From: Alkalispirochaeta sp.
GTDB taxonomy: Bacteria > Spirochaetota > Spirochaetia > DSM-27196 > Alkalispirochaetaceae
Assembly: GCA_965601925.1 (NCBI GenBank)
Contig: OZ271854.1
Span: 1,728,001-1,792,000, forward strand
Direction of reading: 5' to 3'
DNA length: 64,000 nt
Shown: positions 39,981 to 49,428 of the stretch, piece by piece
Numbering within the stretch: the stretch's first letter is position 1
How the letters are laid out: every line of letters begins with the position of its first letter
Notes under the pieces: model-generated
Database searches by the model: none
Seen by the model: the letters and a program-made list of their open reading frames with translations, nothing else
Told to the model about the DNA's origin: nothing
Translations under genes and position numbers: made by a program

Positions 39981-41285
39981 TCAGTTGCGGCTTGAATCGT
40001 TGGCGGCAACCCACGTTTCGTAGCGCTCTGCGACCTCTTGGGGCGTCAACACGCCGAACATCATCTCTTGGAGCGCCGGGTGGAGTACACCCATTCCTTC
40101 GGCGTCCATGACTGCATCAACCACGTAGCCGCCGGGCGTCGAGCCGACGAACTCTGCGAGTTTCAGAGTCAACAGTGGCGAGTCGGGCGGCAGATCGATC
40201 CGTACCGCCGGCAGCCAGCCCTGTTGAGCCTTGATACGCGACCCCTCGGGGCCGGAGAAGAAGTAGATCCATTCCCAGGCTGCCTGCGCGCGCTCACCTT
40301 CCAGATTTGCATTCATCCCGAATCCGGTGCCGGGAACGATCGCGGTGGAACCGGGCTGTCCCTGCTCGTTCGGAAGGGCCGGGAACACGTTGTAGGAGAC
40401 GTATTCGTGCTGCTCTGCGGTCATCTCACCGGCGAGATTGCTCGTTCTCCAACCGCCGTCGATGAAGTACACCGCGCGCTCGGTGACGAAGTCGGTGAGG
40501 GCGACACCGTATTCGGCTTGGTTAATGCCGGGGCTGAACATATCGTTCTCGCTCAGGATTTGGATCACCTCGATCGCGCGCACGAACTCGGGATCGGTGA
40601 AGCTCGCGTCCCCGACGCGGGCGCGGTCGAACCATTCGCGGCCACCGGTACGCTCGACCAACGCGGAGAGCAATGTGCTCTGCATCTGCCAACCGCCGCC
40701 GTTGTCCATCGCGATCGGAATGTAGCCGGCCTCGCGGATTGTCTCACCTTGCGCCAACAGCTCCTCGAACGTTTCGGGGAACTCGAGGCCCAACTCGTCG
40801 AGTAGTCGATCGTTGGTAAACATAACGTGGGTCGCGGTGATCTGTTCGGGGAGCTCCCAAATCTCTCCGTTGGGACCTTGCGGTGTGAGCGCGGCCGGCG
40901 CAAATTGATCGGCCACGCGGTTCACCCACGGACGCAGATCGTTGATCAACCCGGCTCCGGTTACGTCTCCGGTGCGCTTACCGGGCCACAGGAACACCAC
41001 GTCGGACAGTTGTCCTGCGATCGCTACGGCCTGGAGCCGGTTGTGATACGCCTCGTCGAACAGAAAGTCGAACTCGAGCCGAATGTCGGGGTGCGCCGCG
41101 TGGAACGCATCGACCACCTCTTGGAAGTTGTCCGACGACACGCTGTCGGCCAGATCCAGATAGTGTTGCACTTGTAGGGTGATGACGCCGTTCTCTTCGG
41201 CCTCCTCACCCTGGCCGCCGGCAAAAACAAACCCACCGATGAGCGCAAACAGCGCCACTGCCAAAAACAGGTTGTTCCGTAGCAT
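39981..41285 (-). CDS. Carbohydrate ABC transporter substrate-binding protein
   Basis: AAGGAGG SD, signal peptide ending VFA-GGQ, HPDI, PETFEELL, AVYFIDGGW. Confidence 0.88.
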   Translation of the reverse strand: MLRNNLFLAVALFALIGGFVFAGGQGEEAEENGVITLQVQHYLDLADSVSSDNFQEVVDAFHAAHPDIRLEFDFLFDEAYHNRLQAVAIAGQLSDVVFLWPGKRTGDVTGAGLINDLRPWVNRVADQFAPAALTPQGPNGEIWELPEQITATHVMFTNDRLLDELGLEFPETFEELLAQGETIREAGYIPIAMDNGGGWQMQSTLLSALVERTGGREWFDRARVGDASFTDPEFVRAIEVIQILSENDMFSPGINQAEYGVALTDFVTERAVYFIDGGWRTSNLAGEMTAEQHEYVSYNVFPALPNEQGQPGSTAIVPGTGFGMNANLEGERAQAAWEWIYFFSGPEGSRIKAQQGWLPAVRIDLPPDSPLLTLKLAEFVGSTPGGYVVDAVMDAEGMGVLHPALQEMMFGVLTPQEVAERYETWVAANDSSRN

Positions 41286-41304
41286 GGTGCTACCTCCTTC
41301 TTTT

Positions 41305-42546
41305 TTACGGCTCCTCTACGGGAACCGTTGTGGTTTTTCCGATCGTCTCCTCGCTCGTCGCGCCGCGGAGAACCATCGCATCACTCAATGTGCTGATAAG
41401 ATCGTCGAGTCCGTGCCGATTACGGATATCGCCGAGGGGGAAAATCTGATCCGAGAAGAGGCGATCGAGTATGAGCCCCGCAGCGCCGTACGCCGCGGCG
41501 TCTTCGCCGAGGGTCGAGAAGCTCACCTTCCGGCCCACTTCGCTTTCGTACGGCCAGTTTCGCTGTATCTCCGAGTGGAAGATCGACTCCATCTCCTCCC
41601 GGAATACGAGGCAATCGCCCCCGATGAACAGATGGCTCAGGTCGAGCACGTTGATGATAAGGGCTATGTTTCGGGCCAGCTCACGAAAGAAGCGACTACG
41701 TATCGTCGGATCGGTGCCGACTTGCTCCGCTTCCTCGTCGGATAGGGAGAATTGACCGACGCTGCCGTCCTTCCAGAAGACGCTGCGGAACTCACCGGCG
41801 GTGAAGTGCGATCCGGGGTAGAGCGTGCCGTTGATCACGACACCGATGCCGACGCCGATCCCGCCGTACAGACTGCGTCCCTGTTCGCTTTGTCGAATCT
41901 GCACGAGAACGTACAGAAAGTCGTGAAAGTCGTGGCGGCGATGAAAGGTCAGCTCACCCCACGCGCACGCGTTGGCGTCGTTCTCCACAACGACCGGGAT
42001 GTCGAGGCGGGAGGCGATGTGGGCCTGAAAGTCGTACTCTTCGGCCAGTTCCATCGGGATCGAACCGTATATGCGGTTGCTGATGGAGTTGATCAGCCCT
42101 CCCATGGCGATGCCGATCGCGAGAAGCGAATCGCGCCGATCTCCCATGTCGGCCAACACCACGTTCAAAATATCAAAGACGTATTCATCGAAGGGCTTAC
42201 CCTCACGCCGTACATTTTCGGTCCAACGGCGTTCGATCCGTCCGTCCAGATCGCACAGCACGGCGCGATAAAAATCTGGTTGAAACTCAAAGCCCAAAAC
42301 GAGGCCGTAGGTGGGGTTGATTCTGAGGAGAACCGGCCGCCGCCCGCCCTGCTTGGACGCGTCACCCTCGGCTACCTCGTGAATCATTTTTTGATCGATC
42401 AACTCCTTCACCAATGATGAGACGGTCGACTTATCGAGGCCGAGCCGTCCGGCGATTTCGACGCGGCTCAGGAGAGGAGTACGCCACACGGCGCGCAGTA
42501 CCCGCGATCTATTCATGATTCGATTTCGCTTGCCCGCTGAGGCCAC
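41305..42546 (-). CDS. ROK-family transcriptional repressor (ROK2)
   Basis: HTH SRVEIAGRLGLDKSTVS, GGRRP, VENDANA, GIGVG, AGEF. Start probably GTG 42546, by alignment with ROK1. Confidence 0.9.
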   Translation of the reverse strand: MASAGKRNRIMNRSRVLRAVWRTPLLSRVEIAGRLGLDKSTVSSLVKELIDQKMIHEVAEGDASKQGGRRPVLLRINPTYGLVLGFEFQPDFYRAVLCDLDGRIERRWTENVRREGKPFDEYVFDILNVVLADMGDRRDSLLAIGIAMGGLINSISNRIYGSIPMELAEEYDFQAHIASRLDIPVVVENDANACAWGELTFHRRHDFHDFLYVLVQIRQSEQGRSLYGGIGVGIGVVINGTLYPGSHFTAGEFRSVFWKDGSVGQFSLSDEEAEQVGTDPTIRSRFFRELARNIALIINVLDLSHLFIGGDCLVFREEMESIFHSEIQRNWPYESEVGRKVSFSTLGEDAAAYGAAGLILDRLFSDQIFPLGDIRNRHGLDDLISTLSDAMVLRGATSEETIGKTTTVPVEEP

Positions 42547-42565
42547 CCGTGCTACACTCCATTTG

Positions 42566-42587
42566 GTTGGTTTTAAAACCAACTATA
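42566..42587. promoter_or_regulatory. Perfect 18-bp palindrome (candidate ROK2 operator) overlapping a minus-strand -10
   Basis: GTTGGTTTTAAAACCAAC at 42566-42583; TATAGT at 42587-42582. Confidence 0.72.
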
Positions 42588-42705
42588 GTGTTCCATGGCT
42601 TTGGCGTGTCGTCAACGGAAAGTTGCTTCATACCGGCATTTTTTGTCGCAGCGGGCTCTTTCGTGACTCCCCATCGCTCCATATGTCCATTGAAGGAGTC
42701 TTTGT

Positions 42706-45204
42706 ATGATCGATCTGGCGGGAGTTTGGAGAGTGACCGACGAGGGGGGCGAGTACACCGTGGACGCGCATATGCCGGGAGATCTCCACACGGCACTCGC
42801 TGCCGCCGACATCATCTCCGATCCGTTCTGGGCGCGCCGGGAGCTCGACGTACAGTGGGTCGGACAACGCGGCTGGATCGTGACGCGCGATTTTGTCGTC
42901 GACGATCCGGCCGCCTCGCCGCGCTGGCTTTTAGAGATCGATACGGTTGACACCGTCGCGGAGATCTTCGTGAACGGGATATCGGTCGCCCGGTGCGCCA
43001 ACATGTTCGTTCCCCTCCGCGCCGATGTGGGAGAGGCTCTCAGGCGAGGTGTGAACACCATCGAGGTTCGGTTCGCGAGTGCCGAGGCGGAGGCCGCCGA
43101 ACGTGCCGGCCGCCTTCGGTATCCTGTGCCCCACTCGAGTTATCCCGTGCAGTCGCCGCACCGCAATCTCGTACGTAAGGTGCAGTGCCATAGCGGGTGG
43201 GATTGGGGGCCGTGTCTCATGGTCTCGGGCCTCTACGGGACGATTCGCATGCGACCCGTTCCCGCCGTCGCAGTCCGCCGAGCGTGGGGAGTTCCCCGTC
43301 GAGAAGGAGGCGAGTGGGTACTCCCGGTGCATGTGACCTACGACGGCGCCTCCGTCGACATCGATGAACGCCTGTCGGTGGCGCTCCTGGGGCCTGACGG
43401 GGCGGAGTGCGCGCGACAAGAAACCGTCGGGATTGTGGAGCCCGGGCACGCATTGGCCGAGATACGGCTCGCCGATCCCGAGTTGTGGTGGCCGGCCGGT
43501 TACGGTGCGCAGCCGCTCTACACCGTCCGTGTGCATCTCGATGCGGATGTGCGACGCTTTCGCACCGCCTTTCGAGAGATCGAAGTCGTGAGTGAGGCCG
43601 ACGAGCAGGGTCGGAGTATGTTTTTTCGCGTCAACGGACGCGCCATATGGGCGAAGGGCGCCAATTGGATTCCCACCGACGCCTTTCCGAGCCGCCAGAC
43701 CGATGCGCGGTGTCGCGAGCTCCTTGTAGCCGCGCGATCGGCCCATATGAACATGATTCGCGTCTGGGGAGGCGGACAGTACGAGAGCGACTATTTCTAT
43801 GACGTATGCGACGAGCTGGGCGTCCTGGTATGGCAGGATTTCATGTTTTCGTGCTCGCTCTACCCGTCGGAAGAGTGGTTTTTGGAAGAGGTGCGCGAGG
43901 AGGTTCGCGTCCAAACTCGCCGACTCATGTCCCATCCCTCGATCGCGATTTGGTGCGGCAATAACGAGAACATCGGCGCCCTCGGCTGGTATCCCGAGTC
44001 GATTGCCAATCCGGGGCGCTATCTGATCGACTTCGATCGTCTCAACCACGGTGTAATCGGCCGCGAAGTGCGCGCCGCCGACGATACGCGCACCTTTTGG
44101 CCCAGCTCGCCCGCCGCCGGTGAGGGAGACTTTTCGGATAACTGGCACGACGACTCCTCCGGCGACATGCATTACTGGAGCGTCTGGCACGAAGGTAAGG
44201 CCTTTTCGGCCTATCTCGAGGTGACGCCGCGCTTCTGCTCGGAGTTCGGGTTTCAGTCCTTTCCGTCGCTACGCGGCATCCGGCAGTTTGCTCCGGAGGA
44301 TCAAATGAACCCCACGGCGCCCGATCTGGAGCACCATCAGCGCCACCCGCGCGGCAATACCGTCGTGGCCGAGACGATGGCGCGTTACTTTCGGCTGCCC
44401 TTCGATTTTGCCGACTTCGTCTATATCAGTCAGGTCCAACAGGCGATGGCGATCCGAACCGCCGTCGAGTTTTGGCGCAGCCGGTGTCCGGTGAGCATGG
44501 GTGCGCTCTACTGGCAGCTCAACGACCTATGGCCCGTCGTTTCGTGGTCGAGCATTGAGTACGACGGCCGATGGAAGTTGCTGCACTACGAGGCGCGACG
44601 ATTTTTTGCGCCCCGCGCTCTCGTCTGTTTCGTGCACGACGACTCGTTGAAGGTGCACGTCTTGAACGACGCCGCGGAGACGCTCCACGGCTCCGTCGAA
44701 GTGCGCGGTCTCGATTGGCGCGGCACGTCGATATGGGAACGAAGCCTCACGGTCGCGGCGAGCGGCGATGCGAGTACGGCGATACTCGACGTACCGCTCA
44801 CCGAGCTTCCCTTCGAACGGCACGAAGGGTTCGTCGTTGCCGAGTGGCGTTCCACCGGTGAGCCGGCCGCCGACGATGCGGTTGAACGGAGCTGGACCCT
44901 GCTCACCGAGTTCAAGCGATGTGAGTTGGAGAGACCGACCCTCACCGTCGAATCTGCCGGTTCGTTGTCGGTGAGCGTGCGATGCGACGACGCACCGGCG
45001 TTTTGGGTCGCCCTGGACGGCTGTCCCGACGAGGTACGTCCCGACGACGGCGGTTTTCTCCTACTGCCGGGAGAAACGAAGACGATTGAGTTCGTGCCGA
45101 TCGCCGGCCCTGAGAACGACGGCGCTTCGACCGATACGAAGCGACACACAACGCCGATCGCGGCGGACACCGTCGGCGTCCGCCATATTCGGTCGACCTA
45201 CTAA
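42706..45204 (+). CDS. GH2 beta-mannosidase
   Basis: GWDWGP, KGANWIP, MNMIRVWGGG, WCGNNE, GDMHYW, FCSEFGFQS, YWQLND. Confidence 0.92.
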   Translation: MIDLAGVWRVTDEGGEYTVDAHMPGDLHTALAAADIISDPFWARRELDVQWVGQRGWIVTRDFVVDDPAASPRWLLEIDTVDTVAEIFVNGISVARCANMFVPLRADVGEALRRGVNTIEVRFASAEAEAAERAGRLRYPVPHSSYPVQSPHRNLVRKVQCHSGWDWGPCLMVSGLYGTIRMRPVPAVAVRRAWGVPRREGGEWVLPVHVTYDGASVDIDERLSVALLGPDGAECARQETVGIVEPGHALAEIRLADPELWWPAGYGAQPLYTVRVHLDADVRRFRTAFREIEVVSEADEQGRSMFFRVNGRAIWAKGANWIPTDAFPSRQTDARCRELLVAARSAHMNMIRVWGGGQYESDYFYDVCDELGVLVWQDFMFSCSLYPSEEWFLEEVREEVRVQTRRLMSHPSIAIWCGNNENIGALGWYPESIANPGRYLIDFDRLNHGVIGREVRAADDTRTFWPSSPAAGEGDFSDNWHDDSSGDMHYWSVWHEGKAFSAYLEVTPRFCSEFGFQSFPSLRGIRQFAPEDQMNPTAPDLEHHQRHPRGNTVVAETMARYFRLPFDFADFVYISQVQQAMAIRTAVEFWRSRCPVSMGALYWQLNDLWPVVSWSSIEYDGRWKLLHYEARRFFAPRALVCFVHDDSLKVHVLNDAAETLHGSVEVRGLDWRGTSIWERSLTVAASGDASTAILDVPLTELPFERHEGFVVAEWRSTGEPAADDAVERSWTLLTEFKRCELERPTLTVESAGSLSVSVRCDDAPAFWVALDGCPDEVRPDDGGFLLLPGETKTIEFVPIAGPENDGASTDTKRHTTPIAADTVGVRHIRSTY

Positions 45205-45229
45205 ACGGATAGGTTTGCGAGGAGGAACG

Positions 45230-46621
45230 ATGAGACACCATACACACCGAACATTTCCCGAAGACTTTCTCTGGGGCGTCGCAACGGCGAGCTACCAGGT
45301 AGAGGGAGCCGCACTGGAAGACGGCCGTAAACCGAGTATCTGGGATACCTTTTCAAAGACGCCGGGAAAGGTGTCACACGGTCATACCGGCGACGTTTCG
45401 GTCGATCAGTACCATCGCTATCCCGAAGACGTCGGTCTGATGCGCGATCTCGGCGTCGGGTCGTATCGCTTCTCCGTCGCGTGGCCGCGTATCCAACCCG
45501 ACGGCGCCGGCGCATTGAATCCGAAGGGCTTCGACTACTACAAGCGACTCGCCGACGAGCTCCATCGAAACGATATCGAAGCGACCGCGACGCTCTACCA
45601 CTGGGACCTCCCTCAGCCGCTGGAGGATATGGGCGGGTGGCCGGCGCGGGACACGGCGTACCGTTTTGCCGAGTATGCAAGTGCGTGTTTTCGCGAGCTG
45701 GGCGACTATGTCGATCGCTGGATCACCCTCAACGAGCCGTGGTGCAGTGCCGTACTCGGCTATCAAATCGGCGAGCATGCGCCCGGTATCACGAGTCGGA
45801 GCGCCTCCTGGGCGGCGGGGCACCACCTTATGCTCGCGCATGGGCTCGCCGTGCAGGCGTATCGCGCGGAGGGCGGACACACGGCTCCGATCGGCATTAC
45901 GCTCAATACGGAGTCTCCCCGGCCCGCGACGCAGCGCGCCGAGGATGTCGCCGCCGCCGACAGAGTGGCCGATATGCGCACGCGGTTTTGGCTCGATCCG
46001 TTGGTCGGTAGGCCGTATCCGGAGCGCCACTTTGCGGCGTATCCCGACCAGGCGCCGCCACCGATCAAGGACGGCGATATGGAGATCATCGCCGAGAAGA
46101 TCGACTTTCTCGGCATCAACTACTACTTCGAGCCGGTTATCGCCGCGACGCCTGTCGGTCCCGAAGGAGACGAACGCGATGGGCTACCGTGTCATCCCGA
46201 GGGGTTTCGAGCGGTCGAGAGCCATCACGAGCGCACTGAGATGGGCTGGCCGGTGACGCCTCACGGGCTTTACCGCCATCTCGTCTGGATCTGGAAGAGC
46301 ATCGACGGGCACTATCCGCTTTACATCACCGAGAACGGCTGCGCCATGCCCGACGTGCTGTCGGCCGACGGGACGCGATGCCACGATCCGCGTCGGGTGC
46401 GGTATCTACAGGACCATTTCAGTGCGGCGCTCGACGCAATTGAGGACGGAGTGGAGCTTGCCGGATACTTCGTGTGGAGCCTCATCGATAACTTCGAGTG
46501 GGCTTTCGGATACACCAAGCGTTTCGGCATCGTCTACGCCGACTACGTGAACGCGCGGCGTGTACCGAAGGACAGCTACTACTATCTCCGCGAGGTGATA
46601 AGCGGCGCCGAGGCGTTATAG
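45230..46621 (+). CDS. GH1 beta-glucosidase
   Basis: WGVATASYQVEG, TLNEP, ITENG, DNFEWAFGY; GGAGG SD before ATG 45230. Confidence 0.93.
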   Translation: MRHHTHRTFPEDFLWGVATASYQVEGAALEDGRKPSIWDTFSKTPGKVSHGHTGDVSVDQYHRYPEDVGLMRDLGVGSYRFSVAWPRIQPDGAGALNPKGFDYYKRLADELHRNDIEATATLYHWDLPQPLEDMGGWPARDTAYRFAEYASACFRELGDYVDRWITLNEPWCSAVLGYQIGEHAPGITSRSASWAAGHHLMLAHGLAVQAYRAEGGHTAPIGITLNTESPRPATQRAEDVAAADRVADMRTRFWLDPLVGRPYPERHFAAYPDQAPPPIKDGDMEIIAEKIDFLGINYYFEPVIAATPVGPEGDERDGLPCHPEGFRAVESHHERTEMGWPVTPHGLYRHLVWIWKSIDGHYPLYITENGCAMPDVLSADGTRCHDPRRVRYLQDHFSAALDAIEDGVELAGYFVWSLIDNFEWAFGYTKRFGIVYADYVNARRVPKDSYYYLREVISGAEAL

Positions 46622-46635
46622 AGGAGTTTCGCCCC

Positions 46636-46664
46636 TTGCCCGGAATCTCGAGTGCGGCTACAGT
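46636..46664 (+). promoter_or_regulatory. sigma70-type promoter giving leaderless desaturase mRNA
   Basis: TTGCCC(46636-46641)-17 bp-TACAGT(46659-46664), 6 nt before ATG 46671. Confidence 0.6.
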
Positions 46665-46670
46665 CTCACC

Positions 46671-48203
46671 ATGAGTCATACAGCGGGGCATGTGCCCCGC
46701 GTTGCGGTAGTCGGCGCCGGCCTCGGGGGAATGTCGGCGGCGATACGCCTCGCGGCCGCCGGATACGCGGTCACCGTCTTCGAGAAGCAGGAAGGCCCCG
46801 GAGGAAAGGCGTTTTCCACCGATCTGGGATCGTATCGCTTTGATACGGGGCCCAGTCTCTTTACCATGCGCAGCGTCTTTGAGCAGCTCTTTGAAGAAGC
46901 CGGGCGCTCCTTGGACGACTACCTTGAACTGATACCCCTGGAGCGGATATGTAACTATTTCTGGCGCGGCGGGCAGCGCATGTCGAGTTATGCCGACCGC
47001 AGTCGGTTTGCCGCAGAGTTTGAACGCGTCTTCGGCGAGAAGCCGGACCGCGTGGGGCGGTTTCTCGATTACTCCGCGCGGATCCACCGCATCACCGGCC
47101 ACCTCTTTTTGGAGCGGAGTTTGCACGAGTGGAGTACGTACCGTTCGCGCGGGTTTTGGTCGTCCCTCGTACAGATCTCGCGAATAGACGCGCTCCGAAC
47201 GATGGACCGCGCCAACGGTCGCTTTTTTAACGATCCCAAGGTACGACAGTTTTTCGACCGCTACGCGACCTACAACGGTTCGGACCCGTACCAGACGCCC
47301 GCGACCCTCAATATTATCCCCCATATCGAGTACGGACTCGGTGCGTGGGCGGTCCGGGGCGGCATATACGCCGTTCCGCGGGCGTTGGAGCGCCTGGCGC
47401 GAGAGGTGGGCGTGACGTTCCGTTACGGAGTGACCGTAGACCGCATTCTTACCGATCCTCCTCCAGGAACGCGACGCCGGCGGCGTGCGGTACGCGGAGT
47501 CGTCGTCGGCGACGCCGTCCACGAGGCGGAGATCGTCGTATCGAACGCCGATGTCACCCCCACGTATCGATACCTCCTGGAAGACACCGACGCGCGTATC
47601 TACCGCCGGTACGAGAAGCTCGAACCGTCCAGTTCCGGGCTCGTCTTTTACTGGGGCATACGGCGTCGCTTTGACGAGCTCGGTTTGCACAACATCTTTT
47701 TCTCGGACGATTATGAAAAAGAGTTTCGGCACATTTTTTCCGAACGGCGATGTCCGGACGATCCGACGATTTATCTTAATATCACGGCCAAAGAGGGCGG
47801 ATACGGTGACGCGCCGCCGGATGGAGAAAATTGGTTCGTCCTCGTTAACGCGCCGTGGGACCACGGACAGGATTGGGAAGCCGAGGCGCGTCGCGTACGG
47901 CGGGCGGTACTACAGCGGCTCGGCTCCGAACTCTCCGCCGACCTCGAGACGTTTATCGAGGAAGAGGACGTCATGCTGCCTACCGACATCGCCGCGAGAA
48001 CCGACTCCAATCGCGGAAGTCTGTATGGAATATCATCCAATACGCCCTTGGCGGCGTTTCTGCGCCACCCCAACAGATCGCGTCGCCATCACGGGCTCTA
48101 CTTCGTCGGGGGGAGCGCTCACCCTGGGGGCGGAATGCCCTTGGTCGTTCTGGGAGGTCGGATCGTCGCCGACCTGGTGCGGCGTCATCACCCCATCAAA
48201 TAG
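46671..48203 (+). CDS. Phytoene desaturase-family FAD oxidoreductase (CrtI/CrtD-like)
   Basis: VVGAGLGG, FDTGPS, RYATYNGSDP, LYFVGGSAHPGGGMP. Confidence 0.88.
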   Translation: MSHTAGHVPRVAVVGAGLGGMSAAIRLAAAGYAVTVFEKQEGPGGKAFSTDLGSYRFDTGPSLFTMRSVFEQLFEEAGRSLDDYLELIPLERICNYFWRGGQRMSSYADRSRFAAEFERVFGEKPDRVGRFLDYSARIHRITGHLFLERSLHEWSTYRSRGFWSSLVQISRIDALRTMDRANGRFFNDPKVRQFFDRYATYNGSDPYQTPATLNIIPHIEYGLGAWAVRGGIYAVPRALERLAREVGVTFRYGVTVDRILTDPPPGTRRRRRAVRGVVVGDAVHEAEIVVSNADVTPTYRYLLEDTDARIYRRYEKLEPSSSGLVFYWGIRRRFDELGLHNIFFSDDYEKEFRHIFSERRCPDDPTIYLNITAKEGGYGDAPPDGENWFVLVNAPWDHGQDWEAEARRVRRAVLQRLGSELSADLETFIEEEDVMLPTDIAARTDSNRGSLYGISSNTPLAAFLRHPNRSRRHHGLYFVGGSAHPGGGMPLVVLGGRIVADLVRRHHPIK

Positions 48204-48207
48204 ATGC

Positions 48208-48236
48208 TTGCTCGGGGCTAACCTTGAGCATACCAT
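48208..48236 (+). promoter_or_regulatory. sigma70-type promoter of the pnt operon
   Basis: TTGCTC(48208-48213)-17 bp-TACCAT(48231-48236); GGAGG SD downstream. Confidence 0.55.
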
Positions 48237-48261
48237 GTGACGTACATCGAGGAGGTTCTGC

Positions 48262-49413
48262 ATGAACATCGCAGTGATCAAGGAAGGCGCAGCCGGTGAG
48301 GCGCGCGTGGCGGTCGTACCCGCACATGTACCGCTGTTGGCGAAGCTGGGGGCGACCGTACACGTCGAACATGGAGCCGGATTCGCCGCGGGGTATACCG
48401 ACGACGAATATCGTGAGAAGGGCGTCGAACTTGGTGACCGACGGGCGATACTCGAGGCCGCCGATCTTTTGGTCGCGATTCGCGCCGGTGCGGCCAACGG
48501 CGAGACCGGTGTATCCGATCTCACCGCACTCCGTGAGGGAGCCGCGGTCGTGGCGATGGTGAGTCCCTACGGCCCCGACGCTGCCTTCTCCACCATGAAA
48601 GATCGCCGACACACCGCCTTTTCGCTCGAGTCGATTCCGAGAATCACCCGCGCCCAGAGTATGGACGTACTCTCGTCGCAGGCAAACCTGGCGGGATATC
48701 GAGCGGTATTGATCGGCTCACTCGAGCTTCCCAAGATGTTTCCCATGATGATGACCGCCGCCGGAACGGTCGTACCCGCCCGCGTCTTTGTCGTCGGAGT
48801 GGGCGTCGCCGGGCTCCAGGCGATCGCTACGGCCAAACGCCTGGGAGCGGTGGTGAGCGCCTACGATATCCGGCCCGCCGTCAAGGAGCAGGTCATGAGT
48901 CTCGGAGCCAAGTTCGTAGAGATCGATCTCGACGCCGGTAATGCGGAGACCGGCGGCGGCTACGCGCGCGAGATGGACGAGGAGTTTTATCGCAAGCAGC
49001 GCGAGAAGATGTTGGAGGTCGTTTCGGAGAGCGACGTGGTGATTACCACCGCCGCAATTCCGGGAAAGACCGCCCCCATCCTGATTACCAAAGAGATGGT
49101 CGAGGCGATGAGCCCCGGTACCGTGATCGTGGACCTCGCCGCGGAACGCGGCGGCAATTGCGAGCTTACCAAGGCCGGAGAGACCGTTGACGCCGGCGGT
49201 GTGCGAATCGTCGGGCCGGTGAACGTAGCCTCCGGATTGGCGCACCACGCGAGCCAGTTGTTCAGTAAGAACGTCGCGACGTTTCTTGCCGAAATCGTGC
49301 ACGAGGGGGCGCTTCACATAAACCGGGACGACGAGATCACCTCGGCGACCCTGATCATGGAGGAGGGGAAGGCCGCCGGTGACGAGACCGCGGCACTTCT
49401 CGGCCTCGCATAA
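48262..49413 (+). CDS. pntA: NAD(P) transhydrogenase alpha subunit part 1 (dI)
   Basis: RITRAQSMDVLSSQ, GVGVAGLQAIATA, GGYA, DLAAERGGNC. Confidence 0.95.
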   Translation: MNIAVIKEGAAGEARVAVVPAHVPLLAKLGATVHVEHGAGFAAGYTDDEYREKGVELGDRRAILEAADLLVAIRAGAANGETGVSDLTALREGAAVVAMVSPYGPDAAFSTMKDRRHTAFSLESIPRITRAQSMDVLSSQANLAGYRAVLIGSLELPKMFPMMMTAAGTVVPARVFVVGVGVAGLQAIATAKRLGAVVSAYDIRPAVKEQVMSLGAKFVEIDLDAGNAETGGGYAREMDEEFYRKQREKMLEVVSESDVVITTAAIPGKTAPILITKEMVEAMSPGTVIVDLAAERGGNCELTKAGETVDAGGVRIVGPVNVASGLAHHASQLFSKNVATFLAEIVHEGALHINRDDEITSATLIMEEGKAAGDETAALLGLA

Positions 49414-49428
49414 GGCAAGGAGTAGGAC

